DNA of 64,000 bases from Spirochaetaceae bacterium (GTDB lineage Bacteria; Spirochaetota; Spirochaetia; DSM-2461), in the NCBI GenBank assembly GCA_051531975.1, contig JAOPTT010000002.1:249968-313967 (forward strand), written 5' to 3'. Of this stretch, positions 48,790 to 58,964 are shown piece after piece (the stretch's first letter is position 1; each line of letters opens with the position of its first letter). The notes under the pieces are model-generated. The model made no database searches and was not told the DNA's origin. It saw only the letters and a list, made by a program, of their open reading frames with translations. A program made the position numbers and the translations under genes.

Positions 48790-49269
48790 ATGGAAAATTT
48801 GGACAAAATCAACAGAGAAATACTTAACATTTTACAAGATGATTGTTCTATTACGAACAATGAATTAGCTAAAAGAGTTGGCCTTGCACCAGCAACAACA
48901 TTAGAAAGAGTTAGAAAATTAGAAAACAGAGGTATTCTGAACAGCTATGTAGCCCAGATAAACCCTAAATCTGTAGACAAAGACACTTTAGCCTTTGTAG
49001 AGCTTTCTCTAACACAACATACCACTGAGCAAGTAGAGGCTTTTAATAAAGCAATTGTAGAATTAGAAGAAGTTGAAGATTGTTATAGAATCTCTGGAGA
49101 TAGAGACTACTTATTAAAGGTTAGAGTTAAAGATATTAAAGACTTTGATAGATTTAGCTTCGAAGAACTATCTAAGATTCCTGGAATAGAAAGATGTTCT
49201 ACTAAGTTTGTTTTAAAACCTATTGTTAATAAAACAAAAATAACTCTACCACCACCAGCAGAAAAATAA
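48790..49269 (+). CDS. Lrp/AsnC-family regulator
   Basis: LD..IL..LQ.D, LAKRVGL, ERVRKLE..G, SG..DYLLKV. Confidence 0.95.
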   Translation: MENLDKINREILNILQDDCSITNNELAKRVGLAPATTLERVRKLENRGILNSYVAQINPKSVDKDTLAFVELSLTQHTTEQVEAFNKAIVELEEVEDCYRISGDRDYLLKVRVKDIKDFDRFSFEELSKIPGIERCSTKFVLKPIVNKTKITLPPPAEK

Positions 49270-49275
49270 TCAATA

Positions 49276-49845
49276 TTATTTATCAGACACTGAGATTACC
49301 CCTTGAATTAGAGGGGTTTGATCATATATACACTTATCTAATTGATCATCAAAATAGATGGTTTCACAAAATGGACAATAATAATATTCACCTTCATGGT
49401 TAAACTCTATAGATTCGATTAGATTATAATGCATATAAAATGTTACTGGAGAGCCAAAAACTTCGTCCCAACCTTCCATATGTCCTGTGGTTTTTAAATA
49501 TACGACCTGGGAGACCCCAGTAACAAGATCTAGTGTACATCTAGTAAAACCTTCATACCTATTGTCAGCAAAGTCTTCAGAATCAAAAGTTATTCGTTTT
49601 ATATTTTTAAAACTCAGAGCGTATAAACCAGAATTTCTTCTAACCCAGAAAAAGAATTTTTTCTCGTTATATTCATCGAAGAATGCAAATCTTGAAACTG
49701 AAAACTGTTCCCCTTCGTTATCTTTAACTAAAACACTAAAAAAAGGATCGTAGATAGTATCACTAAATACTATTTTTCGATCCTCTTCCTGGCTATATAG
49801 AGTTGATAATATTGATAATAAAAATATAACTAAAAACTTCCGCAT
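49276..49845 (-). CDS. Exported hypothetical protein with C-terminal CPFC..C motif
   Basis: Signal peptide; YCPFCETIY...C.YD.TPL. Confidence 0.6.
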   Translation of the reverse strand: MRKFLVIFLLSILSTLYSQEEDRKIVFSDTIYDPFFSVLVKDNEGEQFSVSRFAFFDEYNEKKFFFWVRRNSGLYALSFKNIKRITFDSEDFADNRYEGFTRCTLDLVTGVSQVVYLKTTGHMEGWDEVFGSPVTFYMHYNLIESIEFNHEGEYYYCPFCETIYFDDQLDKCIYDQTPLIQGVISVSDK

Positions 49846-49869
49846 AAAATACTATAGCACACTCTAGTG

Positions 49870-52734
49870 TTAAGTAAAAAGTTCCTTTTTAATAACTTCA
49901 ATATTTACACTTAACTGGTCAGCTTCTGGGTGTTCAAAATAGTCTTTTAACATTATTTTGGTTTTATCTGCCATAGAGTTCCAAATATGAATTCTTTCAG
50001 CTTTATTCATGTTAATTAATGTTGCAGTTAATACCCGAAGCAGACTATTTACAAAACCTGCCGTTTTCATAGAGAGTTTGTTTTCACGACTGAAATTAAA
50101 GTCCTCGTTAATTTCAGAAAAAATAATATCTCTAAGTAGTAGATTCCACTCTCTTGTTGTCCACTCACCTTCTTCTTCTAATAAGATCCTTTTAATTCTA
50201 GGTTCGAACTCTGGCATTATATATTTATTTAGTATATCTAAATCAAAGTCCTCTTTTCTTATTACTTCTGCTTCGTATAAAAATCTTTCATATAAGTTTC
50301 TTAACCACTCAAAGTATGATGCAGTAACACCAGCTCCATTTGCTAAGAAGTCATATATTACTACTTTCTGATCATCACTTAAAATCTGCTCAGCCTTTGA
50401 TGTACAAGGACCATTTGATCCACATGCAACAACTTTAGCTTTTATATCTTTTGCATTTTTTTGTGTTATAGCATTTTCTAAAGCTGCAGGAATTAAAATA
50501 TCACAGTCAGCTTCTAACATCATAGAACCTTCTCTTGCACCCTTAACCTGTTTTTCAACACCATTTTTACACTCAATAATAGTTTTAGTAGGTCCATTAA
50601 CAGCTGCTAACATCTCATTTAAATCTAGATTATCACCTAATATAGCACCACCAGCATCTGCAACAGCAACAATGTTTACACCGTATTTACTTAACTCACT
50701 CATGATAGAACTTCCAACTTTACCAGAACCTTGAACAGCAACTCTTTTACCACCAAAAAGTTTTGGGTAGATTACAGTTTCTAAAGTTTTCCACTCCGGA
50801 TTATCAATAATAGGAGAAGCTCCAGAATTAATCAGAGTACTCTCTTTAATACTGCTAACTGTTTTTAGTAAAGCATCTTCATCATCTGTTAATGGTGTAG
50901 CAACATCCCACTCCCCTAAAAGATATAGGTTTGTAACTGTTTGTAAAATACTATAACAAAGACCTCGACCTGTAGCTCCTGTTCTCGCATTTATACCCAT
51001 TTTAGGTTTACCAGTAATTTGGGCTGCTGTAACTAAATTAAGGTATTCCTCTTTTGTAGATAACTCTTTTAAAATTTCTTTATCTAGGTAATCAATATCA
51101 AAGTTTTCATACAAAATACGTCTAGCTTCGTCTACTGAAATTATTTTATTTCCAATTAAAGCAACACCTTTTTTGATACCATATGCTAATAAGGCTAAGT
51201 CTCTTAAAGCAGACTTAAAACCTTCAAATAAGTGTCCAATCTCTACAGCTCCACAACCAACATCTCCAGCAGGAACATCTTTAGCTGGCCCTGTAACACA
51301 AAAAATAGACCGCCCAAAGTTAGACAAAGTATCAAAGAAATCGATTTTATTATCTGAGAATTCTCTTGGATTAATTTTTAATCCACCCTTACCACCACCA
51401 AATAGGATTTTAGATCTGGCACACTTCCATGTCATCATAAAACTAAGTGCTGCAACTTCATCGTATCTAACAATAGAGTCAATTCTAAGACCACCTTTAC
51501 TTGGACCCCTAGCAGTATTATGTTTAGCTCTAAAACCTGGTTTATTACTTACTCTGTTCTCTTCTCTACATGATACAAAAAACTCATCTAATGCCTCATA
51601 ACCTAACAGATGGGAAAGAACTTCTAAATTATCTGCTAAGCCAGCAAACTCTGCCCCTTTAAAAAAGTCTGAAACAGAATTTAGGTAGAAGTTATTATAT
51701 TCTCCTTCCACATTAAGGTCGCTATTCTCTTTACATAAAGCAATTAAATTTTCTACAGCATCCTTAAAACCTTGTTCTTTAAAATCTAGTGTAGTTAATG
51801 AACGTATAATGCTATCAACTCTCTCTTTAAAGTCCCCAGCAGATTTATCCTTTTTTTCACTTTCAATACTAGTAGAAGAAATTGCAGAAACTACAGAATC
51901 AAGGTCCATATTAGAGTCGACATAGATAGAAACTATTCCTACCGGAGTATCTCCTTCTATTAGTTCGTAATAAACTCTATTTGAACTAATCTCATATTTC
52001 TCTAATACTTTTAAAATATCAGTCACCCAATATTTAGTTGGATTTTTATACGAGATTGCTAACCTTTTTTCATCAGCATCAACTTTTGTATCACCAATTT
52101 TTTTTGCTGCAAAATCCACAGAAACATACATTTTATCAGCAATCATAGCTTCTTCATAATATGCCATGTGTCTGAACAATCTTACAGATGGAGAGTGGGC
52201 CGTCACCTCTTCGCTTAAGTAATCTAGTTGGATATTATTAAGAAATTCTCTTCCATATTTATATCCTTTCTCATTAGAGTGTTTTTCACTAGTTTTAAGC
52301 ATAGATTTAATATGTTTCCAAAGGTTCTCTGGAACTTTAAAATCACTTCGCCCTCTTTTAGTAATAGATACAATTGAAACACCACTTTGAGTATATTCAG
52401 AATCAAAAGAACCTATATCCATATCAAGATTCTCTTCTATTAATCTTTCTAAACGACCAGGAGTATTTCGTCCTACATTTAAAAAATATGTTATAGTTTT
52501 ACCATCATCATCAACATCTTCTAAATATCTACTATTTGCATTTAGAAGTTGTGTATATAAAAATATGTGCCTTGCAATTGTCTGGGAAGTATTACTATAA
52601 AAATACCACCTAGGCATATAACCTTCTTTAAAAAATATATCTAAAACCTTTTCCGAGGTACTAATATCCATTTTATAGTTATTTTCAATAAGTAAACCAA
52701 CTGTAGCTCGTAACTCTCTTAAAATCATGTACAT
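49870..52734 (-). CDS. Large Glu/Leu/Phe/Val dehydrogenase (probable glutamate dehydrogenase) with long N-terminal extension
   Basis: GPSKGGLR, MTWKC, GGGKGG, DVPAGDVG, TGKP, ATGRG, QGSGKVG, ANGAGVTASYFEW. Confidence 0.88.
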   Translation of the reverse strand: MYMILRELRATVGLLIENNYKMDISTSEKVLDIFFKEGYMPRWYFYSNTSQTIARHIFLYTQLLNANSRYLEDVDDDGKTITYFLNVGRNTPGRLERLIEENLDMDIGSFDSEYTQSGVSIVSITKRGRSDFKVPENLWKHIKSMLKTSEKHSNEKGYKYGREFLNNIQLDYLSEEVTAHSPSVRLFRHMAYYEEAMIADKMYVSVDFAAKKIGDTKVDADEKRLAISYKNPTKYWVTDILKVLEKYEISSNRVYYELIEGDTPVGIVSIYVDSNMDLDSVVSAISSTSIESEKKDKSAGDFKERVDSIIRSLTTLDFKEQGFKDAVENLIALCKENSDLNVEGEYNNFYLNSVSDFFKGAEFAGLADNLEVLSHLLGYEALDEFFVSCREENRVSNKPGFRAKHNTARGPSKGGLRIDSIVRYDEVAALSFMMTWKCARSKILFGGGKGGLKINPREFSDNKIDFFDTLSNFGRSIFCVTGPAKDVPAGDVGCGAVEIGHLFEGFKSALRDLALLAYGIKKGVALIGNKIISVDEARRILYENFDIDYLDKEILKELSTKEEYLNLVTAAQITGKPKMGINARTGATGRGLCYSILQTVTNLYLLGEWDVATPLTDDEDALLKTVSSIKESTLINSGASPIIDNPEWKTLETVIYPKLFGGKRVAVQGSGKVGSSIMSELSKYGVNIVAVADAGGAILGDNLDLNEMLAAVNGPTKTIIECKNGVEKQVKGAREGSMMLEADCDILIPAALENAITQKNAKDIKAKVVACGSNGPCTSKAEQILSDDQKVVIYDFLANGAGVTASYFEWLRNLYERFLYEAEVIRKEDFDLDILNKYIMPEFEPRIKRILLEEEGEWTTREWNLLLRDIIFSEINEDFNFSRENKLSMKTAGFVNSLLRVLTATLINMNKAERIHIWNSMADKTKIMLKDYFEHPEADQLSVNIEVIKKELFT

Positions 52735-52821
52735 CTCCTTATTATTGGTTAAAGTGTAATCCTAAAAGTCACTAACGTAAAATCAATTTGCTTTTTTTTT
52801 ACGATAAATGTAATATTAGCC

Positions 52822-53166
52822 ATGGAAACAGCTTTTTTATTACTTTCAGGCCTATTATTACTAAGCCATTCAATTTATTTTTTAAGACCTTATATTTTAA
52901 GAAAAAAAGGTTTCAGGCCTCAGAAAGTTGATCATGTTGTCAGAAAATCAGCTACAGTTCTTCTACTTCCAACAGTTATATTTGGTACAATAGTCCTGAG
53001 TTCAATCATTTCAACTTTATTCATCTGGTTACCAATAATCTTAATTGTATTCTCTCAATTTAAAAGATCGTGGTTCAAAAAAAATCCATATGTTTTACCA
53101 ATTACCAACTTCGGACTTATATTTTTAATAACACTGCTAGCTATCAAAGAGTTATTATGGCTCTAA
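52822..53166 (+). CDS. Small membrane protein
   Basis: 3-4 hydrophobic segments; overlaps the start of the NFACT gene. Confidence 0.6.
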   Translation: METAFLLLSGLLLLSHSIYFLRPYILRKKGFRPQKVDHVVRKSATVLLLPTVIFGTIVLSSIISTLFIWLPIILIVFSQFKRSWFKKNPYVLPITNFGLIFLITLLAIKELLWL

Positions 53167-54479
53167 ATTATATTGAAATTGATAAAGTTATAGATGAATT
53201 ATCATTAGAGGGTAGTGAGTTACAAAATGTAAAAGCCGCCAGTTATGAATCTTTTACATTCTTTTTCTACAAACCTAATCATCCTATAAATGTATTAATA
53301 TCCCTAGATAAATATTGTAGAATTCATAGACAAACATTAAAAACTAATTATCTAGGAAAAACACATAACCTTGTGGAATATTTAAAAGCCTATGTCACAG
53401 GTGGAAAGGTAATAAAATGTACCCAATTAAACAACAATAGATTAATACAGTTACAAATAGAAAAGCCAGATGAACACTATTACATTTTTATTAGATTATG
53501 GGGAGGATTTTCAAATATAATTATTACTGATCCAAACTATAAAATACTTCACCTACATAAAAAAAGCTCTAAAAAAGCTGAACTACCCGGGGAGATATTC
53601 AAAATACCTCCACCTAAAAAAAATGAAACAAAAGAGTACAAATTAAAAGAATATTCAGGCACAGATTATAATTTATTTATTGAGAAAAGCTATATAAAAG
53701 AGATATCAGAGACCAATGAATCCAAAAAACAAGAACAAACTGAAACATATAAAGTTAAACGTTTAAAAGAGATAAACAAGCAGCTAAAAAGTTTAGAAAA
53801 AAGATACAAGTCTTATAAAAAATCTAATATCTATAAACTTTATGGAGATCTAATTCTTAGCAATATACATCTTATAAAAAAAGGTTCTACTATATTACAA
53901 ACAGAGGATTATAGCGGTCATCCACTGGAAATAACTCTAGACCCAGAGATAAGTCCAGCTAAAAATAGCCAAAGCTATTACAAAAAACATCAAAAAGCAG
54001 AGTCAGGCTTAGAAATAACTGAAGAAATGATTAAGAAACTGCAAATAGAAAAAGAAAATATAGATGACAATGTTAATATATTAGAACAACCAATAGTTAA
54101 GCAAAAACCAAAAAGCCAGATAGGATTAAATTACACAATAAAAGAATGGGATTTTCTAGTTGGTAGAAATGCTAAAGAAAACGACAAGCTTTTAAGAAAC
54201 AGTGTCAAAGGTAATGATATGTGGTTTCATGTTCGAGACTATCCTGGAGGTTATGTTTTTATAAAGAACCAAAAAGGTAAAACTATTCCACTAGAGATAA
54301 TAGAAGAAGCAGGAAAACTAGCTCTATTTTATAGTAAAGGGAAAAGTAATGGAAAAGCTGATATTACCTATACTCAAGTAAAACATCTACGCCGGGTAAA
54401 AAAAGGAAAACTGGGTCAAGTAATAGTAACTATGGATAAAAATATCTATGTAACACTTAATAAAAATATATTATACTAA
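53157..54479 (+). CDS. NFACT (Rqc2/RqcH/FbpA) family protein
   Basis: NNRLI, SNII.TD, LDP..S...N.Q.YYKK, VGRNAKEND, DMWFH.RDYPG; start moved to ATG 53157 (MALNY). Confidence 0.88.
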   Translation: MALNYIEIDKVIDELSLEGSELQNVKAASYESFTFFFYKPNHPINVLISLDKYCRIHRQTLKTNYLGKTHNLVEYLKAYVTGGKVIKCTQLNNNRLIQLQIEKPDEHYYIFIRLWGGFSNIIITDPNYKILHLHKKSSKKAELPGEIFKIPPPKKNETKEYKLKEYSGTDYNLFIEKSYIKEISETNESKKQEQTETYKVKRLKEINKQLKSLEKRYKSYKKSNIYKLYGDLILSNIHLIKKGSTILQTEDYSGHPLEITLDPEISPAKNSQSYYKKHQKAESGLEITEEMIKKLQIEKENIDDNVNILEQPIVKQKPKSQIGLNYTIKEWDFLVGRNAKENDKLLRNSVKGNDMWFHVRDYPGGYVFIKNQKGKTIPLEIIEEAGKLALFYSKGKSNGKADITYTQVKHLRRVKKGKLGQVIVTMDKNIYVTLNKNILY

Positions 54480-54484
54480 TTTTC

Positions 54485-55294
54485 ATGAAAGAGATGATTA
54501 AGGTTAGACAACCTATTGTAGAAGGACTTTTCTATCCATCAGACCCAAAACAACTTACTGATAAAATAAACTTATTATTAGAATCTAATAAAACAGAACA
54601 GCAAAATGGATCAACAATAATAATTCCCCACGGTGGCTGGGACTATACTGGAGACTATATAGCCACAGGGTTAAATAGTATAACTCAAAAACAGTATAAG
54701 AAGGTTATTATAATATCAAATGTTCACAGAGAATTATCAAATACAATTACCCTCCCTGAGGCTGAATATTTCTTAATTGCTGGTAAAAAAATAAAAGTTG
54801 ATCTGAATGATATTAAAAAGATAAAAAAAATAGGTAAGAAGGTAAATATCTCGAATATACAACATATGGAAGAGCATGGGATTGAGACAATATTACCATT
54901 TATAAATCATCTATATCCAGAAGCAAAAATTGTACCTATTCTTTTAGGAAAAACAATAGTATCTTTAGTTCGTAATCTTTCAAATATAATAACTGAAATA
55001 AAAGACCGGGATACATTATTAATTATATCATCTAATTTTAGTGGCTATGAAAAAGAGCAAGTATCCCTGGATATTGGTAAACTAGGAATAGAACTAACAA
55101 CAAATGGTAAAATGGCTGACTTAGTTGAATTAACTAGGACAAATAAACTAAAAACTTGTGGAGCTGGGGCAATTTCTTCCGCTTTATTATTGGCTGATTA
55201 CAAAAATATTGAAGTATTAAAAGAAGGGTTAACCGAGCAGTCATCTCTATCAGGTGGTAAAGCTACATATTATGGAACCCTTATTTTTAGATAA
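54485..55294 (+). CDS. Memo-like protein (AmmeMemoRadiSam system protein B)
   Basis: R.P.V.G.FYP.D, PHGG..Y.G, EHGIE..LPF, IVPILLG, TCG. Confidence 0.82.
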   Translation: MKEMIKVRQPIVEGLFYPSDPKQLTDKINLLLESNKTEQQNGSTIIIPHGGWDYTGDYIATGLNSITQKQYKKVIIISNVHRELSNTITLPEAEYFLIAGKKIKVDLNDIKKIKKIGKKVNISNIQHMEEHGIETILPFINHLYPEAKIVPILLGKTIVSLVRNLSNIITEIKDRDTLLIISSNFSGYEKEQVSLDIGKLGIELTTNGKMADLVELTRTNKLKTCGAGAISSALLLADYKNIEVLKEGLTEQSSLSGGKATYYGTLIFR

Positions 55295-55306
55295 CAAGGA
55301 GCAATA

Positions 55307-56710
55307 ATGACTATAAAAAAAGAGCTAGGAAGCTGTGTGATTCTAAATATAGAAAACAATGAGACACTAGGTTTAAATACAGGATTAACAGATAAAAGTA
55401 CAAATGGAACGAACTTTTCAGATATTAGAAGAGATTTTGGTTATATCCTAAATGGAACCAAGTTAGAAAAGTTTAATCTGCCTGAAATAACTGAAATTGA
55501 CGGAAAACTTGTTATCTTCTCAAAAACTTTAAACTGTGGTATCGAACCTTTTTTTACAAAAAACAACTCTATTTCTGAGATAAAAGAGTTAGTGAACTTT
55601 ATTGAAATCCTTGAAGAAAACAGTATTAATTTAAAGAACTTTGCTAGAAACCTATTTTACAAAACTTCAGATGGTCATATTTTAATGATGCCCCTAACAG
55701 TTATCGAGTTTTTAAATGATCGGAAATCTCTTAATAAAAAAGAGTCTGAAGTTTCAAAATATCTACACCCAAGTCTATCTGGAGAACAATCAATCTTATA
55801 CTCAATAGGTATACTTTTATTTGAACAATTAACAGGAATTTATCCAATCGAATACAACAGTGTAGAAGATTTAAGAGATAAGATGCGTAGAAAAATTCTA
55901 CTTAAGCCACGTTGGGAGAATATAAAATTATCGGATAAAACTTGTGAACTAATAGAGAATCTATTAAATCCACCAGAAGAAGATAGTATAACAATAAAAC
56001 AGTGTAGTCTTGAATTAGCAGAAATAAAAACAGAAGGTTTTGTTAGGGAGCAGAACGATACCACAGAAGAAGAAACTGTAAACCTAAAAAACAGAACATG
56101 GTTCCTAAAAAAAGAGAGTTTTAGAGCCTGGATAATTAAACATCGAGGTAGAATTATAATCTTAGGATCAATAATTGGAATTTTAGGTTCTTTTTTTGGG
56201 ACTATTATTTATGGTGCATTACAACCTCCTCAGACTTCGGGTTTCACTCCAGAACAAGTTGTTGAATCATATTTTACTAGTTTCCAAAACTTAGATACAG
56301 AACTGTTATCAGATACAAAAAAAGATAATGTGCGTAAAAGTGACGACAACGAATTATCAACTCTATATGTTACAACTAAAATGAGAACCTCCCAGGGTGG
56401 AGCATCTCCAAATTCTCCTGACCTTGGAATGTATACCCCTACAGAGTGGTTAGAGTTTTCTGATGAAAAAAAGAGTGATGTTGATGTATATGGAATCTAC
56501 AATCTTAAAATTACAACAATAAATAGTTTAGAATTTAATGTTACATACGAGAAGTGGTTTTCACAAGCTGACAACCAGGATTTAGAGCATGTAGTAATGT
56601 CTAAATATAAATTAGTTAGGGAAGAGATTTTCATATTAGAAGAGACAAAATACTCTTACCAAATAAATGAAATAAAAATCATATCTGAAACCGAAGAAAA
56701 AGTATGGTAG
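55307..56710 (+). CDS. Bitopic membrane protein with degenerate protein-kinase-like N-terminal region
   Basis: LYSIGILLFEQLTGIYP (kinase subdomain IX-like), one TM segment, TPEQVVESYF extracytoplasmic domain. Confidence 0.6.
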   Translation: MTIKKELGSCVILNIENNETLGLNTGLTDKSTNGTNFSDIRRDFGYILNGTKLEKFNLPEITEIDGKLVIFSKTLNCGIEPFFTKNNSISEIKELVNFIEILEENSINLKNFARNLFYKTSDGHILMMPLTVIEFLNDRKSLNKKESEVSKYLHPSLSGEQSILYSIGILLFEQLTGIYPIEYNSVEDLRDKMRRKILLKPRWENIKLSDKTCELIENLLNPPEEDSITIKQCSLELAEIKTEGFVREQNDTTEEETVNLKNRTWFLKKESFRAWIIKHRGRIIILGSIIGILGSFFGTIIYGALQPPQTSGFTPEQVVESYFTSFQNLDTELLSDTKKDNVRKSDDNELSTLYVTTKMRTSQGGASPNSPDLGMYTPTEWLEFSDEKKSDVDVYGIYNLKITTINSLEFNVTYEKWFSQADNQDLEHVVMSKYKLVREEIFILEETKYSYQINEIKIISETEEKVW

Positions 56711-58065
56711 AAACATTTAAAGATAAAAAAATAACTATTATGGGTCTTGGTCTTCACGGTGGAGGTTTAGCATCAGCCCTATTTTTTTTAAATGAAGGCG
56801 CTAAATTAACTATAACAGATTTAAGATCAGAAGAGATATTAAAACCTACTATAAAGCAATTAGAGAAATACAATATTAAATATACTTTGGGATGTCATTT
56901 GGACCAGGATTTTACAGATGCTGACATTGTTATCAAAAACCCAGGAGTACCGTCATCATCTAAATATTTAAAACTAGCAAAAAGAATTGAAACAGACATT
57001 AGTATTTTTCTTAATATGACCAATGCTCCAATTATTGCAGTTACAGGTAGTAAAGGAAAATCCAGTACAGTTTCAGCTATAGATTTTGTGCTTAAAAAGT
57101 TTAACCCAAAAACTAAACTTGGTGGAAATATTACTGTATCTCCCCTTACTTTTGTACAAGATGTAGATTCAGAGACTCCAGTAATATTAGAACTCTCCTC
57201 TTGGCAATTAGCTGATATTCAGGGAAAAGGTTGTCTAAAAGCTGAAATAGCAACAGTAACAAATATAATGAACGATCATCAAAATGCCTATGACTGCCTA
57301 GATGATTATGCTGCTGATAAGGCTGTAATTTTTCAAAACTTAGATGGCATTGCTATTTTAAACTATGATGATAGTTACTCAAAGTTTTTTAGATCAAAAC
57401 TAATACAAGAACCACTATATATCGCTAACTGTTTAAAACCAAAAACTTTTAATGGTGCATTTTTAGATGACCAAAAACAAGGTTGGGTCCAGATAGAGGG
57501 AAAACAAGAGTTAATACTTAAGAGAGAGTTATCACTTAAAGGTGATCACCAAAGAACAAACCTACTATTAGCAGGACTTATACTCTATAAGTTTGGCGTA
57601 CCTACTGCTTTAATAAAAGATGAACTTGCGAAATTCAGAGGAATAGCCCACCGTATGGAACTCTTTCACCAAAAAGATGGTGTTAAATATTACAACGATT
57701 CGGCTGCAACTATACCTGAGGCAGTAGTAGCTGCAGTTAAAAGTTTTACAGATCCAGTAAGATTAATTTCTGGGGGAACAGATAAAGAGCTTGAATTTAG
57801 TTCTATAAAAGAAGTTTTTAAAAGACCAGAGACAATTCACCTATTAAAGGGAACTGGAACAGATAAAATGATAAAGGTACTTAAAGAGCAGGGTATAAAT
57901 TATTTTGGTCCCTACTCATCTCTAAAAGAGTTAATATTAGACCTGATTCCAACGCTAAAAATTGGGGACAATGTACTGTTTTCCCCAGGTGCTACATCAT
58001 TTGGAATGTTTAATAATGAATTTGATAGAGGGAATCAGTTTAAAGATATTATTTCTAATATTTGA
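56704..58065 (+). CDS. murD: UDP-N-acetylmuramoyl-L-alanine--D-glutamate ligase
   Basis: MGLGLHGGG, KNPGVP, VTGSKGKSST, LELSSWQL, HRME, YNDSAAT, SPGATSF. Confidence 0.95.
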   Translation: MVETFKDKKITIMGLGLHGGGLASALFFLNEGAKLTITDLRSEEILKPTIKQLEKYNIKYTLGCHLDQDFTDADIVIKNPGVPSSSKYLKLAKRIETDISIFLNMTNAPIIAVTGSKGKSSTVSAIDFVLKKFNPKTKLGGNITVSPLTFVQDVDSETPVILELSSWQLADIQGKGCLKAEIATVTNIMNDHQNAYDCLDDYAADKAVIFQNLDGIAILNYDDSYSKFFRSKLIQEPLYIANCLKPKTFNGAFLDDQKQGWVQIEGKQELILKRELSLKGDHQRTNLLLAGLILYKFGVPTALIKDELAKFRGIAHRMELFHQKDGVKYYNDSAATIPEAVVAAVKSFTDPVRLISGGTDKELEFSSIKEVFKRPETIHLLKGTGTDKMIKVLKEQGINYFGPYSSLKELILDLIPTLKIGDNVLFSPGATSFGMFNNEFDRGNQFKDIISNI

Positions 58066-58964
58066 TCTAAAGATTTAGCCCGTTTAACTGCTGTTATATT
58101 CTCTATAGAGTCATCATAGAATGCTGCAATGTAAATTAGTGTAGCTTTGACTCTATTTGAAGCTATCCCCTGTTTTACATAACTATCTTTTAATTTCATA
58201 TCAAAATACTTAATAAATTCCACAACTTTCTTTTTTCTTTGTTCAGCCGTTGGAATTATGCCTGTTTTTATTATAGAAGGTAAAAATGGGTCCCTTAAGA
58301 CACCTCTTCCTAACATCCACGAGCTGACGTTTTCATACTTATCTTTTAAGCGGTTAAAACCGTCTACAGTATATATATCTCCATTATAACTAACAGGATT
58401 AGATGAGTTATTATAGATATAATCAAATGCATCCATATCTGGGATACCATTGTACAGTTGTCTTGCAAACCTAGGGTGTACAATAACTTCTTTTAATGGG
58501 TAATTATTTAATATATCTAGAAGTGGGTGTACTAAAGAACTATCAGTAATTCCAGTTCTTATTTTAACTGTAAAATCCCCTCTAATTTTACCAGCAACCG
58601 AGTCTAAAATTTTTTTTACATTATCAAGATTATTTAAAAGACCTGATCCTCTCCCTTTTTTATATATTGCTGGTGCTGGGCAACCCATATTTAGATTAAA
58701 TTCAGTGATACCTAAGTCAGCCATTAATTCAGATGCATATATTATTGTCTCTGGATCTTTTGCTAAAAACTGAGGTACAACCTGGATATTAGAACCTATT
58801 TCTGGTAAAAATTTTGGGAAGTAGCTCTTTTTAGCTCTATTATGCTCAGATAGCAGTAAAAACGGGGTAACAACCTTATCGATACCAGAGAAGTACTCAA
58901 AATAACAACTCCTCCATAAAGGGTCGGTATATCCCTTTATTGGAGCTAAAACTAAATTATCCAT
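58035..58964 (-). CDS. tRNA-dihydrouridine synthase family
   Basis: LAP..G.TD, NLNMGCP, GSGLL, VKIRTG, HPR, YNGDI, MLGRG. Confidence 0.92.
   Translation of the reverse strand: MDNLVLAPIKGYTDPLWRSCYFEYFSGIDKVVTPFLLLSEHNRAKKSYFPKFLPEIGSNIQVVPQFLAKDPETIIYASELMADLGITEFNLNMGCPAPAIYKKGRGSGLLNNLDNVKKILDSVAGKIRGDFTVKIRTGITDSSLVHPLLDILNNYPLKEVIVHPRFARQLYNGIPDMDAFDYIYNNSSNPVSYNGDIYTVDGFNRLKDKYENVSSWMLGRGVLRDPFLPSIIKTGIIPTAEQRKKKVVEFIKYFDMKLKDSYVKQGIASNRVKATLIYIAAFYDDSIENITAVKRAKSLDQILEIISLN

Noticed and set aside
8172..54479. Longest-ORF starts at 9380, 12594, 14025, 22619, 33794, 36939, 38479, 46619 and 53070
   Set aside because: Downstream starts fit RBS or promoter position and domain boundaries better; the extensions run through promoters or upstream genes
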